This document shows positions 38,201 through 47,752 of a stretch of 64,000 nt of DNA, in pieces. The position numbers were made by a program, and so were the translations under genes. The notes under the pieces were generated by a model that was not told the DNA's origin, searched no databases, and saw nothing but the letters and a program-made list of their open reading frames with translations. Origin of the DNA: a bacterium (GTDB lineage Bacteria > SAR324 > JACQKK01); contig OZ251219.1 of NCBI GenBank assembly GCA_965240465.1, positions 1,312,001 to 1,376,000 on the forward strand, read 5' to 3'. Position 1 is the first letter of the stretch. Each line of letters starts with the position of its first letter.

Positions 38201-39431
38201 TCCATCTAACGCGGGCTGTCCTACTACTAATAATCCCGTAGCTTGCAAGGGCTACGAACTAGCTGGTGACATCGATCTTTCTTCCTTTGCCAACTTTGCT
38301 CCCATTGGTAGCGATAGCAATCATTTTACCGCTGTCTTAGAAGGCAATGATTATACCATCAGTAACCTAAACATTGCCACTGATTCCACCCTATACACGG
38401 GATTATTTGCGATTTTGGGTACTGGTAGCAAGGTACAAAACTTGTCCTTTGCAGAAAGTACAACTGGTTCAGTTGCCAGTAGCAACAATAGTGGTGCTCT
38501 TTCTAATCCTAACCGTGTAGGGGTTTTGGCAGGCAGAAATAATGGAACAATATCGGGTGTTTCTTCTGGGATATCGGTTTCTGCCAGTGTGGGTACCTTT
38601 AACTATGTGGGTGGCTTGGTAGGTCAGAATTATATTAGTGGCACCATCCAAGATAGTTATGCCACTGGCGATGCCACTGGCAGTAATGGTAATCGGGATC
38701 GGGTGGGTGGCTTGGTAGGTTCTAATGAGAGTGGCACCATCGGTAATAGCTATGCCACTGGCGATGCCACTGACGGTAAAGATGTGGGTGGCTTGGTAGG
38801 TACTAATCTTGGCACCATCGGTAATAGCTATGCCACTGGCTCTGCCAAGGGCGGTGCTGGGGATGACTCTGTGGGTGGCTTGGTAGGTGGGAATAGAAGT
38901 GGCATTCTTGGTGGTGCCACCATCAAAAATAGTTATGCCACTGGCTCTGCCGATGGCGGTGCTGGTAATGACTCTGTCGGTGGCTTGGTGGGAGATACTA
39001 ATAATCGATATGGTTCTGTAACCATCGGTAACAGCTATGCCTTAGGCAAGGTGGATGGGGGCGATGGAGCCGATGAAGTGGGACGCTTGCTTGGCAAAAA
39101 AGGTACTGGGAATTATACAATTATCAGCAACTATTATAATAGTGAGAGTGACTTAGATAATGGCGAAACCATCCTAATCCTTGAAAACACCGAGGCGGTT
39201 GCCAAAACCCGCGATGAACTAAAAGCCTTGACTGCCACCGATACCGAAGATGACTTTGCAGGCGACAATAACGGCTGGAGTGCTGACGACTGGGATTTCA
39301 CGGATGATTTCTACCCCAGCCTGAAATCTTATGAAGAAGATGCCAATGGTAACCGAGTTATCCCCAGTGAATTACTCTGTAACCAACCCACCGATTTCGT
39401 TCAGTGTCCTACGCCTCCCCCTACACCCTAG
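35226..39431 (+). CDS. Surface lipoprotein 3 (longest TSP3-like stalk plus GLUG domain)
   Basis: ATG 35226 after GGAGGA (the ORF-track start 35124 is the -35 box); lipobox LASC. Confidence 0.85.
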   Translation: MKKLSLLSAGCILALFLASCGGNSGGGGGSADTDGDGITDSKDTCPNSPEGFTSDKSTDHDGDGCEDAGEDIDDDNDQVADIADDCQPSKNSNFISNANTDYDSDGCEDAGEDIDDDNDSVNDFEADGITQKDLCPKGNSFTSDSTNDFDGDGCKDDDPDGEDDDDDNDTVSDAQDTECPKTPFGSADYDGDGCEDSKDTDDDDDGVNDFEADGITQKDQCLKGSLFTSDSNTDYDGDGCKDDDPNGEDDDDDNDSVNDFEADGITQKDLCPKGNSFTSDSTNDFDGDGCKDDDPDGEDDDDDNDNVSDAQDTECPKTPFGSADYDSDGCEDSKDTDDDDDGVNDFEIDGITQKDLCPRGNSFTSDSTNDYDGDGCKDDDPNGEDDDDDNDSVNDFEADGITQKDLCPKGNSFTSDSTNDFDGDGCKDDDPDGEDDDDDNDNVSDAQDTECPKTPFGSADYDGDGCEDSKDTDDDDDGVNDFEIDGITQKDLCPRGNSFISDSTNDFDGDGCKDDDPDGEDDDDDNDNVSDAQDTECPKTPFGSADYDSDGCEDSKDTDDDDDGVNDFEADGITQKDQCLKGSLFTSDSTTDYDGDGCKDDDPNGEDDDDDDDGVTDFVSGIQKDQCLKGSLFTSISTSTDPAVIITDFDGDGCEDAGEDKDDDNDTVPDAQDTECPKTPFGSADYDSDGCEDSKDTDDDDDGVNDFEADGITQKDQCLKGSLFTSDSTTDYDGDGCKDDDPNGEDDDDDDDGVTDFVSGIQKDQCLKGSLFTSISTSTDPAVIITDFDGDGCEDAGEDKDDDNDTVPDAQDTECPKTPFGSADYDGDGCEDSKDTDDDNDGVNDFEADGITQKDLCPRGNSFTSDSTNDFDGDGCKDDDPNGEDDDDDNDTVPDAQDTECPKTPFGSADYDSDGCEDSKDTDDDDDGKDDTADACPRGITGIGNDKDDDGCEDSEDTDDDNNGLIEIATATELDNIRYDLDGSHYDDNTGNPSNAGCPTTNNPVACKGYELAGDIDLSSFANFAPIGSDSNHFTAVLEGNDYTISNLNIATDSTLYTGLFAILGTGSKVQNLSFAESTTGSVASSNNSGALSNPNRVGVLAGRNNGTISGVSSGISVSASVGTFNYVGGLVGQNYISGTIQDSYATGDATGSNGNRDRVGGLVGSNESGTIGNSYATGDATDGKDVGGLVGTNLGTIGNSYATGSAKGGAGDDSVGGLVGGNRSGILGGATIKNSYATGSADGGAGNDSVGGLVGDTNNRYGSVTIGNSYALGKVDGGDGADEVGRLLGKKGTGNYTIISNYYNSESDLDNGETILILENTEAVAKTRDELKALTATDTEDDFAGDNNGWSADDWDFTDDFYPSLKSYEEDANGNRVIPSELLCNQPTDFVQCPTPPPTP

Positions 39432-39599
39432 GCTGTTGAGGGCGAGGGGCTAATCCCCCCCCCCCCCCGTGCCAGATTCGGCAGGCTGTTAAAAACTTGA
39501 CAACGCCCCCTCTGCTTGCTACGATAGAGAATGGCGATTTCTCAAAGCTGAGGAAGGCCTTGGTATCAAGCCTTTCGTACCCATATCAGAGGATTACCG

Positions 39600-42500
39600 A
39601 TGAAAAAACTATCACTACTCTCGGCTGGTTGTATTCTGGCTCTATTTTTGGCTAGCTGCGGGGGTGGTGGTAAAGATGTTGCCGACACCGACACCGATGG
39701 CGATGGCATCACCGACAGCAAAGATACATGCCCCAACAGCTCCGAAGGCTTTACTAGCGATAAGAGTACCGACCACGACGGCGACGGCTGCCAAGACAGC
39801 GACGAAGATGACGATGACGACAATGATGGGGTCAACGATTTTGAGGCCGATGGCATCACCCAGAAAGACCAATGCCCAAGGGGCAATTCATTTACCAGCG
39901 ACAGCAGCACCGACCACGATGGCGACGGTTGCAAAGATGACGACCCCGATGGAGAAGACGATGATGACGACAATGATAGTATCCTCGATTTTGAGATAGA
40001 TGGCATCACCCAGAAAGACCTATGCCCCAAAGGCAATTCATTCACCAGCGACAGCACCAACGACTTTGATGGCGACGGTTGCAAAGATGACGACCCTGAT
40101 GGAGAAGACGATGATGACGACAATGATACTGTCTCAGATGCCCAAGACACAGAATGCCCTAAAACTCCCTTTGGCTCTGCCGACTACGATTCTGACGGCT
40201 GCGAAGACAGCAAGGACACCGATGACGACGATGATGGGGTCAACGATTTTGAGGCCGATGGCATCACCCAGAAAGACCAATGCCTCAAAGGCAGTTTATT
40301 TACCAGCGACAGCACCACCGACTACGATGGCGACGGTTGCAAAGATGACGACCCTAATGGAGAAGACGATGATGACGACAATGATAGTGTCAACGATTTT
40401 GAGGCCGATGGCATCACCCAGAAAGACCTATGCCCCAAAGGCAATTCATTTACCAGCGACAGCACCAACGACTACGATGGCGACGGTTGCAAAGATGACG
40501 ACCCTGATGGAGAAGACACCGATGACGACAATGATGGAGTCACCGATTTTGAGTCAAATGGCACCCAGAAAGACCTATGTCTCAAAGGCAGTTTATTCAC
40601 CAGCAGTAGCAGCACCGACAACGATGGCGACGGTTGCAAAGATGACGACCCTGATGGAGAAGACGATGATGACGACAATGATGGAGTCACCGATTTTGTT
40701 TTAGGCACCACCACCCCAAAAGACCAATGCCCTTTTGATGGCTTCACTAGCGATGTTAATCAAGACGGCTGCGAAGACTCCACTACCGATAGCGATAATG
40801 ATGGGATCAACGGTGTCGGTACAGACGGTAGTGCTAACGATAAATGCCCTTTTGCAGACTTCACTACCGATGATAATCAAGACGGCTGCGAAGACTCCAC
40901 CACCGATAGCGATGGTGATAATGTCAACGGTGTCGGTGCAGACGGTAGTGCTAACGATAAATGCCCTTTTGCAGACTTCACCACCGATGATAATCAAGAC
41001 GGCTGCGAAGACTCCACTACCGATAGCGATAATGATGGGATCAACGGTGTCGGTACAGACGGCATTGCTAACGATAAATGCCCTTTTGCAGACTTCACCA
41101 CCGATGATAATCAAGACGGCTGCGAAGACTCCACCACCGATAGCGATGGTGATAATGTCAACGGTGTCGGTGCAGACGGTAGTGCTAACGATAAATGCCC
41201 TTTTGCAGACTTCACCACCGATGTTAATCAAGACGGCTGCGAAGACTCCACCTACGATAGCGATGGTGATGGCGTAAAAGACAATAAAGACAAATGCATA
41301 GTAAGCCTAGACACCAACTTTATCAGCGACGCCGCCATCAACGACTACGATGGCGACGGTTGCAAAGATGACGACCCTAATGGAGAAGACGATGATAGCG
41401 ACGATGATGGGGTCATAGATTTTGTTTCAGGCATCCAGAAAGACCAATGCCTCAAAGGTAGTTTATTCACCAGCGACAGCAGCACCGACTACGATGGCGA
41501 CGGTTGCCGAGACCAAGATGAAGACAATGATGACAATGGTGATGGCAATGTTGATACCGATGAAGATCAAGATGGATTTGGCGATGCGGTAGACATAGAT
41601 GACGACAACGACGGTCTAATAGAAATTGCCACTGCTACCGAGCTAAACAACATCCGCCATGATTTGGACGGCACTAGCTATAATGATGGCACGAATGCTC
41701 CATCTAATGCGGGCTGTCCCAGCACAGGTTGCAATGGCTACGAACTAGCTGGCAACATTGATCTTTCTTCCATTACCAACTTTGTTCCCATTGGTAGCCT
41801 ATCCAATCCTTTTTCTGCTACCTTAGAAGGCAATGATTACACCATCAGTGACCTAAACATTGCCACTGGTTCCACCCTATACACGGGATTCTTTGCGGTT
41901 CTGGATACTGGTAGCAAGGTACAAAACTTGTCCTTTGCCAGTAGCAACAATAGTGGTAATAGCAAGTATGTAGGGGTTCTGGCAGGCAGAAATAATGGAA
42001 CAATATCGGATGTTTCTGTGACGGGGATATCGGTTTCTTCTGGCGCAGGTAGCCATGACTCTGTGGGTGGCTTGGTGGGTGATAATAGTGGCACCATCGG
42101 TAACAGCTCTGCCACTGGCTCTGCCAATGGCGGTAATGGTTATCTTGATAATGTGGGTGGCTTGGTAGGTACTAATAGTGGCACCATTCAAAATAGCTCT
42201 GCCAATAGCCCTGCCAATGGCGGTGGTGATGATAGTGATAATGTGGGTGGCTTGGTGGGTGATAATAGTGGCACCATCGGTAACAGCTCTGCCAATGGCT
42301 CTGCCAGTGGCGGTGGTGGTGATTATGATATTGCGGGTGGCCTGGTAGGTTCTAATAGTGGCACTATTCAAAACAGCTCTGCCAATGGCTCTGCCAGTGG
42401 CGGTGGTGGTGATTATGATTTTGTGGGTGGCTTGGTAGGTTCTAATAGTGGCACTATTAAAAACAGCTCTGCCAATGGCTCTACCAATGACGATGGCAGT

Positions 42501-43118
42501 ACTGGTGATTATTATAGTGTGGGTGGCTTGGTGGGTGATAATAGTGGCACCATCGGTAATAGCTTTGCCACTGGCACTGCTAATGGCGGTGCTGATAGTG
42601 ACAAGGTGGGTGGCTTGGTAGGTACTAATAATGGCTTCATCGGTAATAGCTATGCCACTGGCACTGCTAATGGCGGTGCTGGTGGTGACAGGGTGGGTGG
42701 CTTAGTGGGACATACTAGTAATCGATATGGTTCTGCAACCATCAGAAATAGCCATGCCTTAGGCGATGTGGATGGGGGTGGTGGATATGACTATGTGGGT
42801 CGCTTGCTTGGCGTGAAAGAGGTTATTGGGAATACTTATACAATTACAATTACCAGCAGCTATTATAATAGTGAGAGTGCCTTAGATAATGGCGAAACCA
42901 TCCTAAACCTTCCAGTTGCCGAGGCTAAAGGCAAAACCCTTGCTCAACTAAAAGCCTTAGATGCCACCGATACCGAAGATGACTTTGCAGGCGACAATAA
43001 CGGCTGGAGTACTGACGACTGGCAGTTCACCGCTGGCAAATACCCCACTCTAAAAGTTGATGGCAATCTACTCTGTGGGCAGCCCGACCCTGATTTCGTT
43101 CAGTGTCCTACACCCTAG
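39600..43118 (+). CDS. Surface lipoprotein 4 (TSP3-like repeats plus GLUG domain)
   Basis: Lipobox LASC; also has a unique DKCPFADFTTDDNQDGCED repeat type. Confidence 0.85.
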   Translation: MKKLSLLSAGCILALFLASCGGGGKDVADTDTDGDGITDSKDTCPNSSEGFTSDKSTDHDGDGCQDSDEDDDDDNDGVNDFEADGITQKDQCPRGNSFTSDSSTDHDGDGCKDDDPDGEDDDDDNDSILDFEIDGITQKDLCPKGNSFTSDSTNDFDGDGCKDDDPDGEDDDDDNDTVSDAQDTECPKTPFGSADYDSDGCEDSKDTDDDDDGVNDFEADGITQKDQCLKGSLFTSDSTTDYDGDGCKDDDPNGEDDDDDNDSVNDFEADGITQKDLCPKGNSFTSDSTNDYDGDGCKDDDPDGEDTDDDNDGVTDFESNGTQKDLCLKGSLFTSSSSTDNDGDGCKDDDPDGEDDDDDNDGVTDFVLGTTTPKDQCPFDGFTSDVNQDGCEDSTTDSDNDGINGVGTDGSANDKCPFADFTTDDNQDGCEDSTTDSDGDNVNGVGADGSANDKCPFADFTTDDNQDGCEDSTTDSDNDGINGVGTDGIANDKCPFADFTTDDNQDGCEDSTTDSDGDNVNGVGADGSANDKCPFADFTTDVNQDGCEDSTYDSDGDGVKDNKDKCIVSLDTNFISDAAINDYDGDGCKDDDPNGEDDDSDDDGVIDFVSGIQKDQCLKGSLFTSDSSTDYDGDGCRDQDEDNDDNGDGNVDTDEDQDGFGDAVDIDDDNDGLIEIATATELNNIRHDLDGTSYNDGTNAPSNAGCPSTGCNGYELAGNIDLSSITNFVPIGSLSNPFSATLEGNDYTISDLNIATGSTLYTGFFAVLDTGSKVQNLSFASSNNSGNSKYVGVLAGRNNGTISDVSVTGISVSSGAGSHDSVGGLVGDNSGTIGNSSATGSANGGNGYLDNVGGLVGTNSGTIQNSSANSPANGGGDDSDNVGGLVGDNSGTIGNSSANGSASGGGGDYDIAGGLVGSNSGTIQNSSANGSASGGGGDYDFVGGLVGSNSGTIKNSSANGSTNDDGSTGDYYSVGGLVGDNSGTIGNSFATGTANGGADSDKVGGLVGTNNGFIGNSYATGTANGGAGGDRVGGLVGHTSNRYGSATIRNSHALGDVDGGGGYDYVGRLLGVKEVIGNTYTITITSSYYNSESALDNGETILNLPVAEAKGKTLAQLKALDATDTEDDFAGDNNGWSTDDWQFTAGKYPTLKVDGNLLCGQPDPDFVQCPTP

Positions 43119-43271
43119 GCTGTTGAGGGCGAGGCTAATCCCCCCCCGTGCCAGCTTCGGCAGGCTGTCTTAAACTTGACAACGCCCCCTCTGCTTGCTG
43201 CGATGTGGACTGACGATTTCTCAAAGCTGAGGAATGCCCTGGTCTTTCACACACATATTAGAGGATTACCG

Positions 43272-45161
43272 ATGAAAAAATCATCACTGCTCTCAGCTAG
43301 TTGTGTTGTGGCTTTATTTTTAGCTAGCTGCGGGGGGAGTAGTAGTGTCGGGGGTGGAGGTGGTGGATCTGCTGATACCGACGGCGATGGCATTCCTGAC
43401 TCTGCTGATGTAGATGACGACAATGATGGCGTACCTGACACTGATGATAGCTGTCCCAGAGGTATAATTGGCACTGGCAGCACCGATATTGACACAGACG
43501 GCTGTAAAGATGATGGCGAAGATGTAGATGACAACAACAACGGTCTGATAGAGATTGCCAGTGCTACCGAGCTAGACAACATCCGCCATAATTTGGCAGG
43601 CACTAGCTATAATGATGGCACGAATGCTCCATCTAATGCGGGCTGTCCCAGCACAGGTTGCAATGGCTACGAACTAGCTGGCAACATTGATCTTTCTTCC
43701 ATTACCAACTTTGTTCCCATTGGTAGCCTATCCAATCCTTTTTCTGCTACCTTAGAAGGCAATAATAAAATCATCAGTGGCTTAAACATTGCCACCGATA
43801 CCACCTACTACACGGGATTCTTTGCGGTATCTAGTGGCAAAGTACAAAACTTCTCCTTTGCAAAAAGTACAACAGGTTCAGTTGCCAGTAGCAATAGTGG
43901 TGGTTTTGGTAATCCCAACTATGTAGGTGTTTTAGCAGGCAGAAATAATGGAACAATATCGGGTGTTTCTTCGGGGCTGGTTTCTGCTGGCACAGGTGAC
44001 AGTAGCTATGTAGGCGGCTTGGTAGGTGATAATGATGGCACTATTCAAAATAGCTCTGCCACTGGCGATGCCACTGGCAGTAAGGGTACTAGCTATGTGG
44101 GTGGCTTGGTAGGTTGGAATGATGGCACTATTCAAAATAGCTCTGCCACTGGCGATGCCGATGGCGGTGGGGGTACTAACTCTGTGGGTGGCTTGGTAGG
44201 TGTTAATACTGGTACTATTCAAAATAGCTCTGCCACTGGCTCTGCCGATGGCGGTGCTGGTGATGACTTTGTGGGTGGCTTAGTAGGTTTTAATAGTGAT
44301 GGCACTATTCAAAATAGTTATGCCACTGGCGATGCCTATGGCAGAGCTGGTAATTCTGACAATGTGGGTGGCTTGGTAGGTTTTGGTGGTGGCACCATCC
44401 AATATAGTTATGCCACTGGCTCTGCCTATGGCAGAGCTGGTAATTCTGACAATGTGGGTGGCTTGGTAGGTTATAATATTGATGGCACCATCGGTAATAG
44501 CTATGCCACTGGCTCTACCTATGGCAGAGCTGGTGATAATGATTGGGTGGGTGGCTTGGTAGGTTATAATTTTGTTGGCACCATCAGAAATAGTTATGCC
44601 ACTGGCTCTGCTGATGGCGGTGGTGGTAGTGACATTGTGGGTGGCTTGGTAGGTTCTAATGATAGTGGCACCATCATCAGTAACAGCTACGCCACTGGCT
44701 CTGCCACTGGCGGTGCTGGTGATGACAAGGTGGGTGGCTTAGTGGGATATGATAATAGTCAATATGCTCCTTTAACCATCAGTAACAGTTATGCCTTAGG
44801 CAATGTGGTTGGGGGCGATGGAGCCGATAGCGTGGGTCGCTTGCTTGGCAAGAAAGAGACTGGGACTACTTATACAATTACAATTACCCGCAGCTATTAT
44901 AATAGTGATAGTACCTTCGTTGTTTCTAACGAGGATACCGAACTGACCCTTTCAGATGCCGAGGCTACTGGCAAAACCAGCCTACAACTAAAAGCCTTGG
45001 ATGCCAACACTACAGGCTGGAGTGCTGACGACTGGGATTTCACGGATGATTTCTACCCCACTCTGAAGTCTTATGAAGAAGATGCCGATGGTACCCGAGT
45101 TATCCCCAGTGAATTACTCTGTGGGCAGCCCTCCGATTTCGTTCAGTGTGTTACGCCTTAG
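43272..45161 (+). CDS. Surface lipoprotein 5 (short stalk, long GLUG domain)
   Basis: ATG 43272 after GAGGA; lipobox LASC; ~9 VGGLVG repeats. Confidence 0.85.
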   Translation: MKKSSLLSASCVVALFLASCGGSSSVGGGGGGSADTDGDGIPDSADVDDDNDGVPDTDDSCPRGIIGTGSTDIDTDGCKDDGEDVDDNNNGLIEIASATELDNIRHNLAGTSYNDGTNAPSNAGCPSTGCNGYELAGNIDLSSITNFVPIGSLSNPFSATLEGNNKIISGLNIATDTTYYTGFFAVSSGKVQNFSFAKSTTGSVASSNSGGFGNPNYVGVLAGRNNGTISGVSSGLVSAGTGDSSYVGGLVGDNDGTIQNSSATGDATGSKGTSYVGGLVGWNDGTIQNSSATGDADGGGGTNSVGGLVGVNTGTIQNSSATGSADGGAGDDFVGGLVGFNSDGTIQNSYATGDAYGRAGNSDNVGGLVGFGGGTIQYSYATGSAYGRAGNSDNVGGLVGYNIDGTIGNSYATGSTYGRAGDNDWVGGLVGYNFVGTIRNSYATGSADGGGGSDIVGGLVGSNDSGTIISNSYATGSATGGAGDDKVGGLVGYDNSQYAPLTISNSYALGNVVGGDGADSVGRLLGKKETGTTYTITITRSYYNSDSTFVVSNEDTELTLSDAEATGKTSLQLKALDANTTGWSADDWDFTDDFYPTLKSYEEDADGTRVIPSELLCGQPSDFVQCVTP

Positions 45162-45173
45162 GTGAGGGCGAGG

Positions 45174-46466
45174 CTAATGCCCGTGCCAGCTTTGGCAGAG
45201 GTGTTTATCGGAGATGGGTAGGATGGGAACCAGTCGCATCATGTAGAGAACGCTGAGCAGGAACATTGCCCCGAATCCGAGCGTGATGAGTATTTCCATT
45301 AACCCAAAGAGGAATTGCGGATTTTCATGTCGGTCTTGAATGGAAGGTACCACCAGCAAGTAATGAGCCCACCATTGAGCAATCAACAACACTAAGGCAA
45401 TGCTCGCGGTGATGATTGGAGTACGGCAGATAGTCCGCGAGATGAGGGTAATAAAGGGGAGTACAAAGAGCAGTCCGAAGAGTATCCAGAACAAAGGTCT
45501 CCAAGGGGTGGGAGCGATAGAACGGGTGACTAGAAAGGGTGCTTCTTCGGCTAGATTGCTGTACCAAATGACCAGATACTGAGAAAAAGCCATGTAGACA
45601 TAGAGCATGGCAATAGCAAAGGTAAGTTTGGCGAGGTCGTTATAGCGATTGATGGTCATGTACTTGTTCAGGATGGTTTTTCTGTGTAGGAAGGCGATGA
45701 TAATAAGCATCAGTGCCAATGCCGAGTATAGATTGCCGACAAAGAAGAATACGCCAAATAAGGTGCTAAACCACTCTTGGTCCAGAGACATGACATAATC
45801 AAATGCGACCATAGAGAAAACTACTGCATAGAGCAGTGCCAAAGCGGGAGCTAAGCGGCGGGCATTAAGCTCTTTTTTATTTTTTTGGGTATTATGGTCG
45901 TAGTTTTTCAGTAATTTTTCAGCATTTTTTCCTCCCCACTGAGGGATTAAAGCACGTGCCTCAGCGAGGTCTGGCAACAGGGAGTTGTTGACATAAATTC
46001 GGCTAAGCAAAAGGAGCATTCCCAGCCCGATTGTGTTACGGGTGAGGAAAAAGGGCAGATTAAGATAAGATGCCTTGGCAGGTAGAGGGTCGTGTACCCA
46101 CTCAAACAGGTGGGATGCCCCAAAACTGATTGCAATAAAGGTCAGAAAGGCTAGTGGTAGAAAAGCTGAGAAGCATTCAGCAACGCGTTTATAAGGTCGT
46201 CCCCACTTAGCATCGGTGATTTGCCAAATGACCGAAAGCATCACTCCTGCTTGGGCGATACCACCCCAGAAGAGAGTGTTAACTAAGAAGATTTGCCAAG
46301 TGCGTTCTGGTTGGTTGTTATAGAGTCCATAGATAAACATGCCGCTCCCTACGATCACAAATCCCCAGAGCAAACTACGCCAACCACTACGCAGGATAGG
46401 ATTTCCTGTTTCCAGAATGTCTTTCAGCTCAGCTAAGGGCATGATAATAGGCATGATAATAGGCAA
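45174..46466 (-). CDS. actF: Alternative complex III subunit ActF (NrfD-like membrane subunit)
   Basis: ~10 TM; DYVMSLDQEWFSTLFG, FSQYLVIWYSNLAEE; real start probably 46442 (upstream ATGs come from a 12-bp repeat). Confidence 0.88.
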   Translation of the reverse strand: MPIIMPIIMPLAELKDILETGNPILRSGWRSLLWGFVIVGSGMFIYGLYNNQPERTWQIFLVNTLFWGGIAQAGVMLSVIWQITDAKWGRPYKRVAECFSAFLPLAFLTFIAISFGASHLFEWVHDPLPAKASYLNLPFFLTRNTIGLGMLLLLSRIYVNNSLLPDLAEARALIPQWGGKNAEKLLKNYDHNTQKNKKELNARRLAPALALLYAVVFSMVAFDYVMSLDQEWFSTLFGVFFFVGNLYSALALMLIIIAFLHRKTILNKYMTINRYNDLAKLTFAIAMLYVYMAFSQYLVIWYSNLAEEAPFLVTRSIAPTPWRPLFWILFGLLFVLPFITLISRTICRTPIITASIALVLLIAQWWAHYLLVVPSIQDRHENPQFLFGLMEILITLGFGAMFLLSVLYMMRLVPILPISDKHLCQSWHGH

Positions 46467-46490
46467 TGATAATAGGCGTGATAATAGGCG

Positions 46491-47123
46491 TTAGAAGCGT
46501 TCGGAACGCAAGTAATGGATGATTTCCCAGCGATCTGTGGGAGTAGTCTGGTGAGCATAAGAAGGCATAATGCCTCCTCCATAACGGATGAGGTTATAGA
46601 TATGGGCATCAGATAGCAAGGTCAGCAGTTGATGCAGTGGTGGTGCGGGCATGCCTCGTTTTACGACGATGGTATCGGCATTGCCGTAGACGCCATGACA
46701 TACAGCACAATAGCGTCCGTACAGAATTTTGCCTCGTTCAACGGAGTCTTTGGTGATTGGCAGGGTGTTGCGGGGTTGAACATTTCGCAAAAGACGCCCA
46801 TTAGAGAGGGCTTTAGCAGGAATAAAAGGCTCGCGTCCGCTACGAGGCACTGATTCTGTAGGAAAAGTTTGCAGAGTACCCTCTTCCTGAGGTTTTAGGT
46901 GTGGCATGTTAAACATATCAAGGAACCAATCCCAAGATTTGCCATCAAACCAAGGGCGAGAGAGGTCATAAGAGGTGTAGTAGTTTGTGGTTTTAGTTCT
47001 ACTGGCACTGGCAGCCAGCCAGAAGCTGGTAAGTATTATCATTCCCAATAGACTAGCACTCCCGTAGAGAAGCCATAGACGCCAGCACGCGCGAGATGCA
47101 TGATTTTTAGCTACCTTTTTCAT
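46491..47123 (-). CDS. actE: Alternative complex III monoheme cytochrome c ActE
   Basis: CAVCH, GIMPSY, DRWEIIHYLR; operon position. Confidence 0.85.
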   Translation of the reverse strand: MKKVAKNHASRACWRLWLLYGSASLLGMIILTSFWLAASASRTKTTNYYTSYDLSRPWFDGKSWDWFLDMFNMPHLKPQEEGTLQTFPTESVPRSGREPFIPAKALSNGRLLRNVQPRNTLPITKDSVERGKILYGRYCAVCHGVYGNADTIVVKRGMPAPPLHQLLTLLSDAHIYNLIRYGGGIMPSYAHQTTPTDRWEIIHYLRSERF

Positions 47124-47715
47124 GAACCACCTTTTCTGCCCCGTGATGAAGCATGAGCTTTTTGATGTTGTTTAATTGTGCTTCTTCGCATGGGACTGCC
47201 ACCCCAAAGCGGTCTAAAGAGAACCTGCCATAGTTTAAGAATTCCTCAGATCGCGGCAGAGGTTGTTTTCTTAATGAGATATAACCTAAGAGGAAAATCC
47301 CCACCGCGGTTGCCAGACCACTCAGCAAGACCATTAGCTCAAAGCCGATTATGCTAAAGGCAGGGATACTAATAATAGGCTTGCTGCTTACTGGTAGCAC
47401 CCAATCCATAGCAGTCCAAGTAGGTAGTCCGTAGCCAAAGAACAACCCCATCGCCCCAAAAACTAGGGTGATGAAAGGTAGCTTACTCTGAGGCGAGCCT
47501 AAGGCGTGTTCCAGCTCGTGTCGGGGGCAAGGAGAAAGTACAGACGGTCGCGAACCCTTCTGACGCAAAGCCTTAATGCAAGCCACTGTTTCATCAAGAT
47601 AGGCAAAGCTTGCCCAGATCCCCTCAAATTTGTGCGGGAACAGCAATCGCTCTTTCAAACGGGAAATATCCGTCAGCAATTTGAGCGTTTTAATCTTGAA
47701 TTTTAGTTTAGCCAT
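47107..47715 (-). CDS. actD: Alternative complex III subunit ActD (DUF3341)
   Basis: Two TM helices, DWVLPVSSKP, FELMVLL; operon position. Confidence 0.85.
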   Translation of the reverse strand: MAKLKFKIKTLKLLTDISRLKERLLFPHKFEGIWASFAYLDETVACIKALRQKGSRPSVLSPCPRHELEHALGSPQSKLPFITLVFGAMGLFFGYGLPTWTAMDWVLPVSSKPIISIPAFSIIGFELMVLLSGLATAVGIFLLGYISLRKQPLPRSEEFLNYGRFSLDRFGVAVPCEEAQLNNIKKLMLHHGAEKVVHEKGS

Positions 47716-47752
47716 AATTTACTTTCATGTTTTAAGAAACACTCAAAGTACT

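Noticed and set aside
30199-42371. Many Met/Thr-rich and Ser-rich ORFs overlapping the lipoproteins
   Set aside because: Shadow frames of GAY-rich repeat coding sequence.
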